From NCBI GenBank assembly GCA_030832645.1, contig JAURIR010000001.1:1333-65332 (forward strand): a stretch of 64,000 nucleotides of DNA, in the 5' to 3' direction. A program made the translations under genes and the position numbers. The DNA comes from Chitinophagales bacterium (GTDB lineage Bacteria > Bacteroidota > Bacteroidia > Chitinophagales > Chitinophagaceae). A model generated the notes under the pieces. The model searched no databases and was not told where the DNA came from. It was given only the letters and a program-made list of their open reading frames with translations. This document shows positions 51,601-61,332 of this stretch, in pieces (the first letter of the stretch is position 1; the number at the start of each line of letters is the position of its first letter).

Positions 51601-52289
51601 CTTACCAATGGTTATTTGGAGATGATAATTCAACCACTGCTGGAAGTCAGGTTCAACATCTTTTTAAAACTGTGGGTAGCTTTAACGTGCGTTTGATTGC
51701 AACCGATCCTACACTTTGCAAGACAAAAGATACCGCTAATATGATTGTAAATGTGGTATCTAGTCCCGTTGCTCTGTTTACCTATTCTCCAAAACCCACT
51801 GTAGAAAACACTCCAGTCAATTTCAAAAATCTTTCAACGGGTGCTGATGCAACCACTCCTTACAAATGGCTATTTGGAGACGGTGTTTCTTCCAATGATG
51901 TTGATCCAACATATCTTTACCGTGCAACAACCGCAAACAAGGTAGTGTTGATTGCTTATAATAAATTCCAGTGTTCGGATACGGTTACGGATATTGTCAA
52001 CTCAGTTGTTCGTTCACAGGTAGAAATGCCCAATGCGTTTACACCAAATGGTGACGGGAAAAACGATAAATATTTTGTCAGAGGATTTGGGATAGCAAAA
52101 ATGGATTTAAAGATTTTCAATCGCTATGGTCAAATGGTATTTCAGACTTTTAATCCTTTGACTGGGTGGGATGGTAAAAATGCGAAAGGAGTTCCACAAC
52201 CTATGGACGTATATGCGTATGCCCTGGTTGTTGAATTCAGTGATGGTAGTACAGCAACTAAAAAAGGAGATATAACACTGATTCGATGA
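48633..52289 (+). CDS. Large T9SS cargo: beta-propeller plus PKD domains with a type-B (gliding motility-associated) CTD
   Basis: FIENKGQW N-terminus, YSTYLGG repeats, W.FGDG PKD motifs, PNAFTPNGDGKND...IFNRYG...WDG...KGDITLIR. Confidence 0.9.
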   Translation: MRILTSISFFCFFFLANSIVEAQSYYSIDFIENKGQWEGNFAFKGNVGNGAVFIEKHGYSVVLYNNDDVANVIGHKKVTDLINKSEPVKIISKEEESIAKEVIRFHSYKVTFVGATTGSEILPERPSGEVSNYFIGNDPSRWKKNVQGFNNVLIKNLYPGIDIRYYSNSGSLKYDLIVHPGADLTNIKLHYEGIDKISIKNNELLLQTSLGEIKERSPYSYQIINGVKKEIDASYQLVGSDVQYKIKAASDEVDLIIDPVVQLASFTGSVANNWGFTAAPGPDGSLYAGGVVYGPNYATEVGAYQMDFKGGQPDKDDPGDVTGVDIGLTRFSADGTKRIYSTYLGGNGNEYPHSIYVNNNSEAIVLGRTSSGNFPTIKKFGTGGGTDIFVTKLTADGTALIGSAVIGGTGNDGENLKKTSTTGNGVSLFYGDNARSEVIVDANDNIYVAASTNSSDFYTKSAFQAAAIGSQDGVLVKFDPNLNTVLFSTYIGGSADDAAISLAQDPISKNIYVTGATMSKNFPATTSGVINPTQSGGVDGFISVFDESGKWIKGSFLGTNVDDYIYGVQFDNSGFPYVLGVTFGNWRVVNAAYKNTGAKQFISKLQTDLSDYVYSTVFGISYNEPTISPVAFLVDRCENVYVSAWSVAGFCSTTITNKFLPVSAKGLLKPAANFDNKDFYFFVLQKDAQSQLYGTLYGQQGGEADHVDGGTSRFDKNGVIYQAICANCFGNNACNSQQFKDPVTYAYTNLTLPNAVARANGSTGCNLFAVKIDFELSGVKAGIKTVADKVPYKTAGCAPFTVDFTDSIGMGKTFEWDFKDGSTATGINATHTFTSPGIYNVRLITKDPARSCGPVDTQYVKITVGLNKVNLGFSVVRPDCSSRNFIFSNTSVAETGGTFGPNSFEWSFGDGSPSVVKNSDQVTHLFPSDGTYNISLKLLDNRFCNNQDKFDSVLSIAFNTKAIITANNIVCISPKYPNWQILFKASGGQTYQWLFGDDNSTTAGSQVQHLFKTVGSFNVRLIATDPTLCKTKDTANMIVNVVSSPVALFTYSPKPTVENTPVNFKNLSTGADATTPYKWLFGDGVSSNDVDPTYLYRATTANKVVLIAYNKFQCSDTVTDIVNSVVRSQVEMPNAFTPNGDGKNDKYFVRGFGIAKMDLKIFNRYGQMVFQTFNPLTGWDGKNAKGVPQPMDVYAYALVVEFSDGSTATKKGDITLIR

Positions 52290-53308
52290 AGAAGATTACC
52301 ACATACTGTTTTTTGGTATTCATAATTCTGAACTGTAATAGTATCAGTGCTCAAGATTTGCACTTTTCTCAGTTTTTTAATACTCCCTTGTCTACCAATC
52401 CGGCAAATACAGGATTTCTTCCCAACTCAGATTATAGACTTGGTGCACATTATAGAGAGCAATGGGCTTCCATACCAGTTTCTTATAAAACAATGAGTGT
52501 GTATGGAGATTTTCAGGTGCTGAGAGATTTGATTCCTTCGGGATGGTTTGGTGTTGGAGGGTTGATCTTGCAGGATGTTGCTGGTTCAGGAAATTTACGC
52601 TCTACCAAAGCCTACTCATCCATTGCGTATCACCAAATGTTGGGTAACACAGGTTTATTGTCAGCAGGCTTCAACTTGGGATTTGCAAGTAAAAGAATCA
52701 ATGCTTCTAATTTACGGTTTGGTGATATGTGGGATGGAAAGGGTTTTAATGGAGCAACTTCAGAGATGTTGGTCAACAATTCAGTAAGCTATTTTGATAT
52801 GCAGACTGGTTTGAACTATGCAATGTTTCCCTCCGACAATTTTTATTTTCATTTGGGGTTTAGTATGCATCATGTAAATAAACCACGTGAATCGTTCTTT
52901 GCTCTTTCAATCAATAACGACAATATTGTACAACCTCGATATATTTACTTTGCAGATGCGGTTATCAAACCGAATGAGCAAGTAATTATTTCACCAGGTG
53001 TTTACTTTACTCACCAGTCGAAGGCATCTGAATTGGTGGGTGGACTCCATCTCAATTACAATGTGAGTGGAAATGGTCAACAGCAGCTGATTTTAGGCGC
53101 TTATGTACGTCCCGGCGATGCTGTAATCCCCATGCTAGGGTATCAATGGGGTAATTTCAAATTTAGTTTTACCTACGATGTAACCACTTCGTCCTTAAAG
53201 AATTTCAACAATGGAATGGGTGCAACAGAGATGTATATGCAATACAATGGATTGTACACATTGCTTTATGCCGATCGACAGAGTTTTTGTCCTGTTTTTA
53301 AAAATTAA
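52286..53308 (+). CDS. PorP/SprF-family T9SS membrane protein
   Basis: AQDLHFSQFFNTPLSTNPANTG, YREQW, FTYDVTTS; ATGA overlap with the type-B cargo. Confidence 0.9.
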   Translation: MKKITTYCFLVFIILNCNSISAQDLHFSQFFNTPLSTNPANTGFLPNSDYRLGAHYREQWASIPVSYKTMSVYGDFQVLRDLIPSGWFGVGGLILQDVAGSGNLRSTKAYSSIAYHQMLGNTGLLSAGFNLGFASKRINASNLRFGDMWDGKGFNGATSEMLVNNSVSYFDMQTGLNYAMFPSDNFYFHLGFSMHHVNKPRESFFALSINNDNIVQPRYIYFADAVIKPNEQVIISPGVYFTHQSKASELVGGLHLNYNVSGNGQQQLILGAYVRPGDAVIPMLGYQWGNFKFSFTYDVTTSSLKNFNNGMGATEMYMQYNGLYTLLYADRQSFCPVFKN

Positions 53309-53363
53309 TTCGATTCTATAATCTCGGGTCAATTTCCGAATTTCGTGAAAATCAATAGGAAGT

Positions 53364-54764
53364 ATGTCGTCTTCTGTATCTCTTGACATAATCGAGCAGT
53401 TTAAAAAAATTGTTGGAGACTCATTTGTTATCATTGATGAAGCATCGCTCCATCAATATGGCCATGATGAAACCGAAGAGTTGTTGTATTTACCTCAACT
53501 TGCGCTTAGGCCATCAACAGCTGATGAAATCAGTCAGATCATGAAGATCTGCAATCAATATAAGATCCCCGTTACACCCCGTGGAGCCGGTACTGGATTG
53601 AGCGGTGGAGCCCTGCCTCATTTAGGAGGTGTATTGATTGCAACCGATCGGTTGAATAAAATTCTTGAAATCGATGAACGAAATTTACAGGTAACAACCG
53701 AACCAGGGGTGATCACAGAAGTATTACAAAATGCTGTCAAAGAAAAAGGACTTTTTTATCCACCTGATCCCTCGAGCAAAGGATCTTGTTTCATCGGTGG
53801 TAATATTGCAGAAAACAGTGGTGGTCCCAAAGCAGTAAAATACGGAGTGGTCAGAGATTATGTGCTTAATCTTGAGATCGTGTTGCCTACAGGTGAAATT
53901 ATCTGGACGGGAAGCAATGTGTTGAAAAATTCAACCGGATATAATCTCACTCAACTAATTGTTGGTAGTGAAGGGACGCTTGGTATAGTAACCAAAATTG
54001 TTTTGAAATTAATCCCCTTGCCTAAATACGATTTACTGATGCTTGTTCCTTTCAAATCACTTGAAAAGGCCAGCGAGGCGGTCAGTGCAATTTTCAGAGC
54101 TGGATTTACTCCTTCGGCATTGGAATTGATGGAAATTGATGCACTGATGATCGTAAGCGAAGAGGTAGGATCTTCTTCTGTACCCGTTACCCCGGATACT
54201 GCTGCACACCTGATCATTGAAGTTGATGGAAATCATATGGAAACGCTGATGAGTGAAATGGAGGCTATTGGTGAGTTGTTGTTGCAGTTTGATTGTGGTG
54301 AAATTTATTTCGCGGATGATCATCAGCAAAAAAATGAGTTGTGGAAACTGCGAAGAAGAGTAGCAGAAGTAGTGAAGAAAAAAGGCTATACCATTGAAGA
54401 AGATACAGTGGTTCCACGAGCAGCCCTTCCAGATTTGATCAAAGGCGTAAAAGCGTTGGGAGAACAATATGGTTTCTCAGCTGTCTGTTATGGACATGCT
54501 GGAGATGGCAATCTTCATATTCGTTTGAACAAACCAGGAATTCCAAATAGTTACGGCAACCAGGAAATGCACACTATACTTCGTGAACTGTTTGTGTTGG
54601 TAAAAAAATTAGGTGGAACCATCAGTGGTGAACACGGTGTGGGGTTGATTCAAAAAGGGTACATGGATGTGATTTTTGACCCTGTTCATTTCAGATTGAT
54701 GAAAGAAATCAAAAGGGCATTTGACCCTAACTCCATTTTAAATGTTGGAAAAATATTCGATTAA
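53364..54764 (+). CDS. FAD-linked oxidase, GlcD/D-2-hydroxyacid dehydrogenase family
   Basis: PRGAGTGLSGG, PDPSS, GSEGTLG, GHAGDGNLH, ISGEHGVG, FDPNSILN.GK. Confidence 0.9.
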   Translation: MSSSVSLDIIEQFKKIVGDSFVIIDEASLHQYGHDETEELLYLPQLALRPSTADEISQIMKICNQYKIPVTPRGAGTGLSGGALPHLGGVLIATDRLNKILEIDERNLQVTTEPGVITEVLQNAVKEKGLFYPPDPSSKGSCFIGGNIAENSGGPKAVKYGVVRDYVLNLEIVLPTGEIIWTGSNVLKNSTGYNLTQLIVGSEGTLGIVTKIVLKLIPLPKYDLLMLVPFKSLEKASEAVSAIFRAGFTPSALELMEIDALMIVSEEVGSSSVPVTPDTAAHLIIEVDGNHMETLMSEMEAIGELLLQFDCGEIYFADDHQQKNELWKLRRRVAEVVKKKGYTIEEDTVVPRAALPDLIKGVKALGEQYGFSAVCYGHAGDGNLHIRLNKPGIPNSYGNQEMHTILRELFVLVKKLGGTISGEHGVGLIQKGYMDVIFDPVHFRLMKEIKRAFDPNSILNVGKIFD

Positions 54765-55318
54765 GCGTATGCTAAATCGATTTGTAATTCAGCCACAAGG
54801 CTCTCCGGGTCGTTGAAAGAACTGATCCTGTTCCAGAGCGGCTCGTATAAAAAATTTTTCTCAATCAAGTGCTCCATATGAGCGATAAGGTGATCATAGA
54901 ATCCTGTAGTATTGAGGATATAAATTTTTTTGTTGTGGATACTAAGTTGATTCCAGGTAAGCATTTCAAACATTTCATCCAGCGTCCCAAACCCACCTGG
55001 TAAAACAATTCCCGCCATTCCTTTTTCGTACAATAATTTTTTTCTCTCGTGCATGTCTGTTGTAATGATGACATGTGTGAGCGAAGGATGCTGACTTTCC
55101 CAGTCGACCAACACTTGAGGAAGAATACCCGTTACACTGGCACCTGCTGACAATGCACTGTTAGCGAGTGCACCCATCATGCCTTTCCCTCCTCCACCAT
55201 AAATGATATCAAATCCTTTTTCGGCAAGAACTTTTCCAAGCAGCGTTGCGCTGGCTGTATAGCTTGGATCATTTCCTGTTTTGGATCCACAAAAAACAGT
55301 AACGTTTCTTCTTGTCAA
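54761..55318 (-). CDS. LOG-family (TIGR00730) nucleotide phosphoribohydrolase
   Basis: VFCGS, YGGG, MHERK, PGGFGTLDE; start placed at TTG 55318 to avoid overlap with the upstream gene. Confidence 0.88.
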   Translation of the reverse strand: MTRRNVTVFCGSKTGNDPSYTASATLLGKVLAEKGFDIIYGGGGKGMMGALANSALSAGASVTGILPQVLVDWESQHPSLTHVIITTDMHERKKLLYEKGMAGIVLPGGFGTLDEMFEMLTWNQLSIHNKKIYILNTTGFYDHLIAHMEHLIEKNFLYEPLWNRISSFNDPESLVAELQIDLAYA

Positions 55319-55328
55319 GTAAGCTGAT

Positions 55329-55976
55329 TTATTTTTTCTTGTAATCACCTCTTTTCCAGCTTCGAATGAACTCTCCCCATGCAAAGGGATTAAAGATATT
55401 CATTGGAGGTGCTTGTCCGGAGTAGTAATATTTTTGTGCGCCTTTGGCTAAATTTAAATTGATGGCTTCGCGTCCATCGTTGGGGAGGGAACGCATGAGA
55501 ATTCTTCTGGTAGTGAGATCTGTATTTTTTCGAGCTATTTCTATATTATCATCTGGAACATCTGTAGAAACAAAGTCTCTTTCAAATTGCTCTCTGGTGG
55601 GTCGTGGTTTGATAATGGCCGCTGGTAAATAGGCGGTATCATTGATCATCAACTGAATAATACTGAACTGATTTCCCTCTAATTCTGTTGGAATTTTCGT
55701 GAGTTTGTTTTTAAAGCCAATACAGCTGAATTCTATTTGATCGCCTTTTAAAGCTACAATAGAAAAAACACCCTGGTTATTGGTGAGCGTTCCTCTTCCG
55801 GTACCTTTAACGATGATACTAACTGCCGGCAATCCTCTGAGGCTATCCGCAGTCATTACCACCCCATACAATTGTACCACAGAATCCCTAAAAGTTTCGA
55901 ATTGGGCCTTTGCAGCAAAAGGTGAAAGTCCTAAGGTGATCACCAGAACAAATAAGCACTTTTTCATTGGCATCAT
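55329..55976 (-). CDS. Exported protein with a carboxypeptidase-regulatory-like domain
   Basis: Signal peptide; GVV...DS..GLP.VSI.VKGT.RGT.TN..G.FSI...FSCIGF; start 55976 or 55967. Confidence 0.75.
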   Translation of the reverse strand: MMPMKKCLFVLVITLGLSPFAAKAQFETFRDSVVQLYGVVMTADSLRGLPAVSIIVKGTGRGTLTNNQGVFSIVALKGDQIEFSCIGFKNKLTKIPTELEGNQFSIIQLMINDTAYLPAAIIKPRPTREQFERDFVSTDVPDDNIEIARKNTDLTTRRILMRSLPNDGREAINLNLAKGAQKYYYSGQAPPMNIFNPFAWGEFIRSWKRGDYKKK

Positions 55977-56066
55977 TCTTTGCAAATTAACTGCTTCTTT
56001 TCCATAAAAAAAGTACACAAGGATTGGTTATTTTTGCATTTCTTTTCATTTTAACATTTTACACGT

Positions 56067-57131
56067 ATGGGTACGGAAGCGATTTTGAAGGCATTGTCTA
56101 CAGTACAGGAACCGGATTTGAAAAAAGACCTGGTTACCCTTCAAATGGTAAAGGATATCAAGCTGAACGAGAAGTCCGTTGAGTTTACCATCGTTCTCAC
56201 TACACCTGCCTGTCCGCTAAAAGAGTTGATTCGAAGAGATTGTGAAAAAGCCATCCATCAGCATGTAAGCGATGAGCTAGAGGTTATTGTAAATTTTACA
56301 GCTAATACTACTTCCATGCGGGTGGATCTTTCGGCTGTATTACCCGGAGTAAAAAATATCATTGCCGTAGTGAGTGGTAAAGGGGGGGTTGGTAAATCAA
56401 CCGTCGCTGCCAATCTAGCTTTGGCGCTAGCAAAACAGGGAGCAAAGGTTGGTTTGATGGATGCAGATATTTATGGTCCTAGTGTACCTATTATGTTTGG
56501 TGTTCGCGGACAGCGGCCGTTCATGGAAAATATTGACGGCAAGGATAAAATACTTCCTCTCGAACAACATGGAATAAAGTTGATCAGCATTGGATTATTG
56601 GTAGATGAAAAAAGTGCAGTTGTATGGCGCGGACCCATGGCCAGCAGTGCCATCAAACAATTTGTAACAGATGTGCATTGGGGCGAATTGGATTATTTGG
56701 TGATTGATATGCCACCCGGAACGGGGGATATTCATTTAACATTGGTGCAAACCATCCCGGTTACTGGTGCAGTGGTGGTAACCACTCCACAGGAAGTAGC
56801 GTTGGCAGATGCAAAAAAAGCTATTGCAATGTTCAGTCAATCTCAGATCAAGGTGCCAATCATTGGGTTGGTTGAAAACATGGCGTGGTTCACACCAGAA
56901 GAATTGCCTACTAACAAGTATTACATTTTTGGGAAGGACGGCGGTAAAAACCTGGCCGATCAGCTTGATTTAAATTTCTTGGGTCAAATACCATTGGTAC
57001 AAAGTATACGGGAGGGAGGTGACAAAGGAACTCCTGTAATGCTGGATGACAAAGGTGTTACTTCAGAGGCCTTTGCTGCATTCGCTGCAGCTACTATCAG
57101 AGCGATTGCAGTTGCCAATGCTGCTAATTGA
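56067..57131 (+). CDS. mrp: Mrp/ApbC (NBP35-family) Fe-S carrier ATPase
   Basis: N-terminal DUF59 (EPDL..DLV, TTPACP), SGKGGVGKST, DADIYGPS, DMPPGTGD, ENM. Confidence 0.93.
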   Translation: MGTEAILKALSTVQEPDLKKDLVTLQMVKDIKLNEKSVEFTIVLTTPACPLKELIRRDCEKAIHQHVSDELEVIVNFTANTTSMRVDLSAVLPGVKNIIAVVSGKGGVGKSTVAANLALALAKQGAKVGLMDADIYGPSVPIMFGVRGQRPFMENIDGKDKILPLEQHGIKLISIGLLVDEKSAVVWRGPMASSAIKQFVTDVHWGELDYLVIDMPPGTGDIHLTLVQTIPVTGAVVVTTPQEVALADAKKAIAMFSQSQIKVPIIGLVENMAWFTPEELPTNKYYIFGKDGGKNLADQLDLNFLGQIPLVQSIREGGDKGTPVMLDDKGVTSEAFAAFAAATIRAIAVANAAN

Positions 57132-57626
57132 TTACTTTTTAAACAGCACTTTTTTATCAGGAGCCGTTAATCGAAAGCTCTCTCGCTTCTGATCTAATTT
57201 GATATGTATAATATTTGTCTGCTCAGGTTTGTATTCGTACATAATATCCGATTCCACTTCAATGGAAGCAACCGCAGGTTGGTTGGTGATAGAAAAATAA
57301 ATCAGAACCGATTCTTTATCGATTTCGTATCCTAAATATTGATATGCTTTTTTAATTCCATTGAGTTTGATGGAAAGATGTTTTTTGATGTATTGATCAA
57401 GTATTGGCTGGAGCTGTTTTTTATCACCCTGTATCACGTCGTATTTTATTCCATTGAATTTTCTCAGGGATTCTTCGAGATCATCAGGAAAGACCTTTAC
57501 TGAAATACCTACCTCTTTTGTTTTACTGCTGTATTCTATCTCAGTAACAGAAACAAAAAATGGATGCGTAAATCCCACGACACAAGTAAAAACAACGCAG
57601 GCTAAAAAAATCTTGAAGTATTTCAT
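57132..57626 (-). CDS. DUF6702-like exported protein
   Basis: Signal peptide followed by HPFFVSVTEI; DDLE..L; EQTNIIH. Confidence 0.75.
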   Translation of the reverse strand: MKYFKIFLACVVFTCVVGFTHPFFVSVTEIEYSSKTKEVGISVKVFPDDLEESLRKFNGIKYDVIQGDKKQLQPILDQYIKKHLSIKLNGIKKAYQYLGYEIDKESVLIYFSITNQPAVASIEVESDIMYEYKPEQTNIIHIKLDQKRESFRLTAPDKKVLFKK

Positions 57627-57658
57627 ACCTTACAAAAGTCTGATTTATTTTTAGAAAT

Positions 57659-58243
57659 ATGAATTCAATCGATTTCAACTATTATTTCCAACTGGGTTGG
57701 CATCATATTATCAGTTGGGATGCAATCGATCACCTTTATTTTATAGTGGCACTCTCTGTAATCTATCAGCTCAAACATTGGAAACAGGTGTTGATTCTGG
57801 TTACGGCTTTTACGATCGGGCACGCAACCACTTTATTCCTTTCTTCACTCGATATTATACAACTCAAAGGCGAGTGGGTAGAGTTTGCAATACCTTGCAC
57901 CATCGTTTTGTCTTGTTTGGCGAATTTTAGAAAAAAAGGAATTCAGGGGGGTGCAGATCGTCTGCAATACACGATGGCCTTGTTTTTTGGTTTTGTACAT
58001 GGCATGGGCTTTGCCAATACCATACGCTTCTTGCTTTCAAAAGATCAAAATATGGTTGGAAGCTTGTTTGGCTTCAATCTGGGGTTGGAAATCGGGCAAA
58101 TTTTCGTAGTATTGTTGGTATTGATTGTTGGTGTAGTCATTGGGCGTACAAAATTTTTTAACGTCAGAGAATGGGTCTTAACCGTGTCTTCACTTATTCT
58201 TGGTTTGGCGTTACAGCTTGCAATAGAGCGATTTCCGTTTTAA
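57659..58243 (+). CDS. HupE/UreJ-family membrane protein
   Basis: GWHHI..DHLYF, TAFTIGH, FGFVHGMGF, FNLGLEIGQ. Confidence 0.88.
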   Translation: MNSIDFNYYFQLGWHHIISWDAIDHLYFIVALSVIYQLKHWKQVLILVTAFTIGHATTLFLSSLDIIQLKGEWVEFAIPCTIVLSCLANFRKKGIQGGADRLQYTMALFFGFVHGMGFANTIRFLLSKDQNMVGSLFGFNLGLEIGQIFVVLLVLIVGVVIGRTKFFNVREWVLTVSSLILGLALQLAIERFPF

Positions 58244-58260
58244 TATATAAATCTCCTTTT

Positions 58261-60594
58261 ATGAGAAATTTTCAATTATTGTTTTTTGCCTTTCTTTTAA
58301 GTTCATCTTGCGCCTTGGCTCAGCCGCTTAGAAATGCAGGCTCCAACCATGGTAATCGATTTGAACAACTTGATTACTTGATGCAAGACCCCAATGAGTA
58401 CCGAACTGCCAGCGGTGCCCCCGGACCAAAATATTGGCAACAGCGTGCTGATTACGATATCAATGTAGATATCAACGAGGCCGAAAATTTGTTAACGGGT
58501 TTTGAAACGGTAACATACACGAATAATTCGCCGGATGTTTTGACCTATATATGGTTGCAGATAGATGAGAATTTTCATCATCCAAACAGTAATAATAATT
58601 ACGACAAGCCCTCCACCATGAATCAAGCCATGACGGATCTTCAATTGAAACAGATGGATCCAAAAGAGTACTTGAATGGGTATGGTGTAAATATAGTTTC
58701 GCTTACAGACGCTGCTGGAAATCCGTTGAAGTATACCGTTAACCAAACCATGATGAGGGTCGAATTACCTGCTCCTCTCAAAACGGGACAAAAATTTATT
58801 TTCAAGGCAAGTTGGAATTATAGAATTCCTGATAAATTAACCAGATACGGACGAGGCGGTTTCGAACATTTTGCTGAAGACGATAACAATCTTTATTCCA
58901 TCACTCAATGGTATCCGCGTTTGGCAGTATACAGCGATTTTCAGGGTTGGCAACACCTGCAATTCACCGGAGGTGCAGAATTTGCTCTAACATTCGGAAA
59001 TTTTAAAGTCAATATTACTGTTCCAGAAGATCATATCGTTGCTGCAACCGGCGAGTGCAAGAATTACAGCGCAGTGCTTACCCCGGCACAATTGGATCGC
59101 TGGCAAAAAGCACAACAATCTGCAGAACCTATTGAAGTAGTTACCTTGAACGAAGCCATTGAAAATTCAAAGGACAAATCAACTAAAAAGAAAACCTGGA
59201 CATACGAAGCGCTCAATGTGAGAGATTTCGCATTCAATACTTCCCGCCGATTGGTGTGGGATGCGATGAGTGTAGATGTAGAAGGCAAGAAAGTGATGTG
59301 TATGAGTTATTATGGCAAAGAAGCATATCCTATATACAGGAAATATTCTACCAAAGCAGTTTATCATACCATAAAAACCTATTCTAAGTTTACTACACCC
59401 TACCCGTATCCTGTGGCAATCTCTGTGGAAGCTTCAATTGGAATGGAATACCCAATGTTGGCAATGAACTATGGCAGAGCAGAAAAAGATGGCACTTATA
59501 GTGAAGCAACAAAATACGGTGCTATTGGAGTGATCATTCATGAAGTAGGACATAACTTCTTTCCGATGATCATTAACTCAGACGAAAGACAGTATTGGTG
59601 GATGGACGAAGGATTGAATACGTTTGTTCAATTTCTAACCGAACAGGAATTTGACAATAATTATCCTTCTCGAAGAGGTCCAGCTCATATGATCACTGAT
59701 TACATGCGTCTACCGAAAGATTTACTTGAACCTATCATGACCAAGGGAGACAATGTTGCGAATGTGGGATCCAATGCGTACGCAAAGGCTGCAACCGGCT
59801 TGAATATTCTTCGTGAAACCATTATGGGTAGAGAGTTGTTTGATTATGCATTCAAGGAATATGCAAGACGCTGGGCCTTCAAACACCCAACTCCCAATGA
59901 TTTATTCAGAACCATGGAAGATGCAAGTGCTATTGACCTTGATTGGTTTTGGAGAGGATGGTACTATAGCACGGATCCAGTTGATATCTCCCTTGACAGT
60001 GTAAAGTGGTTTAAGTTGGATGCAGAAAAGAATGCTGCGGGTCTGAAGTCAACTGAATTTGAAAGCATCAGCAAAATGAGAAATCGCGAAGAGAAAAAAA
60101 TTAATTTTTATACCGATGCCGATACTACATTAAGGGATTTCTATTACTACAATAGAAATGCCGATATGAAAATGTACCAGGAAATGGCGCAACAAAGAGT
60201 AGATGCAAACAAAGACAAAGAAAATTATTCAAAATGGCAGGATAAAAATATCTATGAGTTGACTTTCAGCAACAAGGGCGGAATGCTCATGCCTATTATT
60301 GTTGAGTGGACCTTTGTGGACGGAACAAAGGAAGTGGATAGAATTCCTGTTACTATTTGGAGATTAAACGAAAACAAGGTTTCGAAAGTTTTCATGAAAA
60401 ACAAGGAAGTGAAATCTATTCAGTTGGATCCAATGAAGGAAACAGCAGACATTAATGAAGTAAATGGTATGTGGCCTGTGAAGGAAATGCCAAGTAAGTT
60501 TCAATTGTTCAAAGCTGCTGCAACCATTAGTGGTCTTGGTGCACCTCGTGGTGGAGGCCCTTCTCAAAATGCCATGCAAAAAGCAAAGAAATAA
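58261..60594 (+). CDS. Exported M1-family zinc aminopeptidase
   Basis: YWQQRADY, GMEYPM, HEVGHNFF...WMDEG, LDWFWRGW; start moved to ATG 58261. Confidence 0.92.
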   Translation: MRNFQLLFFAFLLSSSCALAQPLRNAGSNHGNRFEQLDYLMQDPNEYRTASGAPGPKYWQQRADYDINVDINEAENLLTGFETVTYTNNSPDVLTYIWLQIDENFHHPNSNNNYDKPSTMNQAMTDLQLKQMDPKEYLNGYGVNIVSLTDAAGNPLKYTVNQTMMRVELPAPLKTGQKFIFKASWNYRIPDKLTRYGRGGFEHFAEDDNNLYSITQWYPRLAVYSDFQGWQHLQFTGGAEFALTFGNFKVNITVPEDHIVAATGECKNYSAVLTPAQLDRWQKAQQSAEPIEVVTLNEAIENSKDKSTKKKTWTYEALNVRDFAFNTSRRLVWDAMSVDVEGKKVMCMSYYGKEAYPIYRKYSTKAVYHTIKTYSKFTTPYPYPVAISVEASIGMEYPMLAMNYGRAEKDGTYSEATKYGAIGVIIHEVGHNFFPMIINSDERQYWWMDEGLNTFVQFLTEQEFDNNYPSRRGPAHMITDYMRLPKDLLEPIMTKGDNVANVGSNAYAKAATGLNILRETIMGRELFDYAFKEYARRWAFKHPTPNDLFRTMEDASAIDLDWFWRGWYYSTDPVDISLDSVKWFKLDAEKNAAGLKSTEFESISKMRNREEKKINFYTDADTTLRDFYYYNRNADMKMYQEMAQQRVDANKDKENYSKWQDKNIYELTFSNKGGMLMPIIVEWTFVDGTKEVDRIPVTIWRLNENKVSKVFMKNKEVKSIQLDPMKETADINEVNGMWPVKEMPSKFQLFKAAATISGLGAPRGGGPSQNAMQKAKK

Positions 60595-60595
60595 T

Positions 60596-61279
60596 TTATT
60601 TAATCCAGTCGTTGAATTCATCGCGACTCACGAGGCCCTGTTTTCTTTTAATTTCTTTACCGTCTTTGTAAAGAATAAAAGTTGGCAGGGCCTCTACTTT
60701 TAGCATTTTCATCAACTCGGTTTCAAGTCCACCGTCCATTCTTAGAAGCGATACTTTATCAGCATTGTCTTTTGCAAATGATTGAAGGATTGGTTCCATT
60801 TTTCTGCAAGGTGGGCACCATTCGGCACCAAAATTAACCAAGGTCAGTGATCTACTATTTACCTGGCCATTGTATGATGCATAGCTTGTTTGTTTTGCGT
60901 TTGGATCGACACCTTCTACAGCAATACCATTGGCTTTCCAAGCATTGATGCCGCCCTCTAAATTGATTACCTGGTATCCTTGTTCTCTTAGAACTTGTGC
61001 AGCTGCACCGCTTCTCCCGCCACTTAAACAATAGATGTATACAGTCTTTGATTTGTCGAGTGATGATGTTCGATACGCAAATTCGGTTTTATCCAACCAA
61101 TTTGCTTGGAGTGCATTTTTTATATGACCTCCTTTGTATTCATCGGCCGTTCGTACATCCAATAATTGTGATCCTTCTTGCTGTATGGATTTGTTAAACT
61201 CTGCGGGTTTCAATGATGATTGTCCGTTTGTAGAGCACGAAAAAAATGAAACAATTGCTAGGATGGATAAAATTCTCAT
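60596..61279 (-). CDS. Lipoprotein with fused rhodanese and thioredoxin domains
   Basis: Lipobox FFSC; LDVRT..EY..GHI, YCLSGGRS; FGAEWCPPC. Confidence 0.87.
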   Translation of the reverse strand: MRILSILAIVSFFSCSTNGQSSLKPAEFNKSIQQEGSQLLDVRTADEYKGGHIKNALQANWLDKTEFAYRTSSLDKSKTVYIYCLSGGRSGAAAQVLREQGYQVINLEGGINAWKANGIAVEGVDPNAKQTSYASYNGQVNSRSLTLVNFGAEWCPPCRKMEPILQSFAKDNADKVSLLRMDGGLETELMKMLKVEALPTFILYKDGKEIKRKQGLVSRDEFNDWIK

Positions 61280-61332
61280 GAACCTGATTTTGTCAAAGTT
61301 AGGATAAGCTATTCATTTGTTATCTTGCTTGT

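Noticed and set aside
48633-53308. PKD-domain T9SS cargo plus PorP/SprF as a novel system
   Set aside because: Type-B CTD cargo adjacent to a cognate PorP/SprF is an established arrangement
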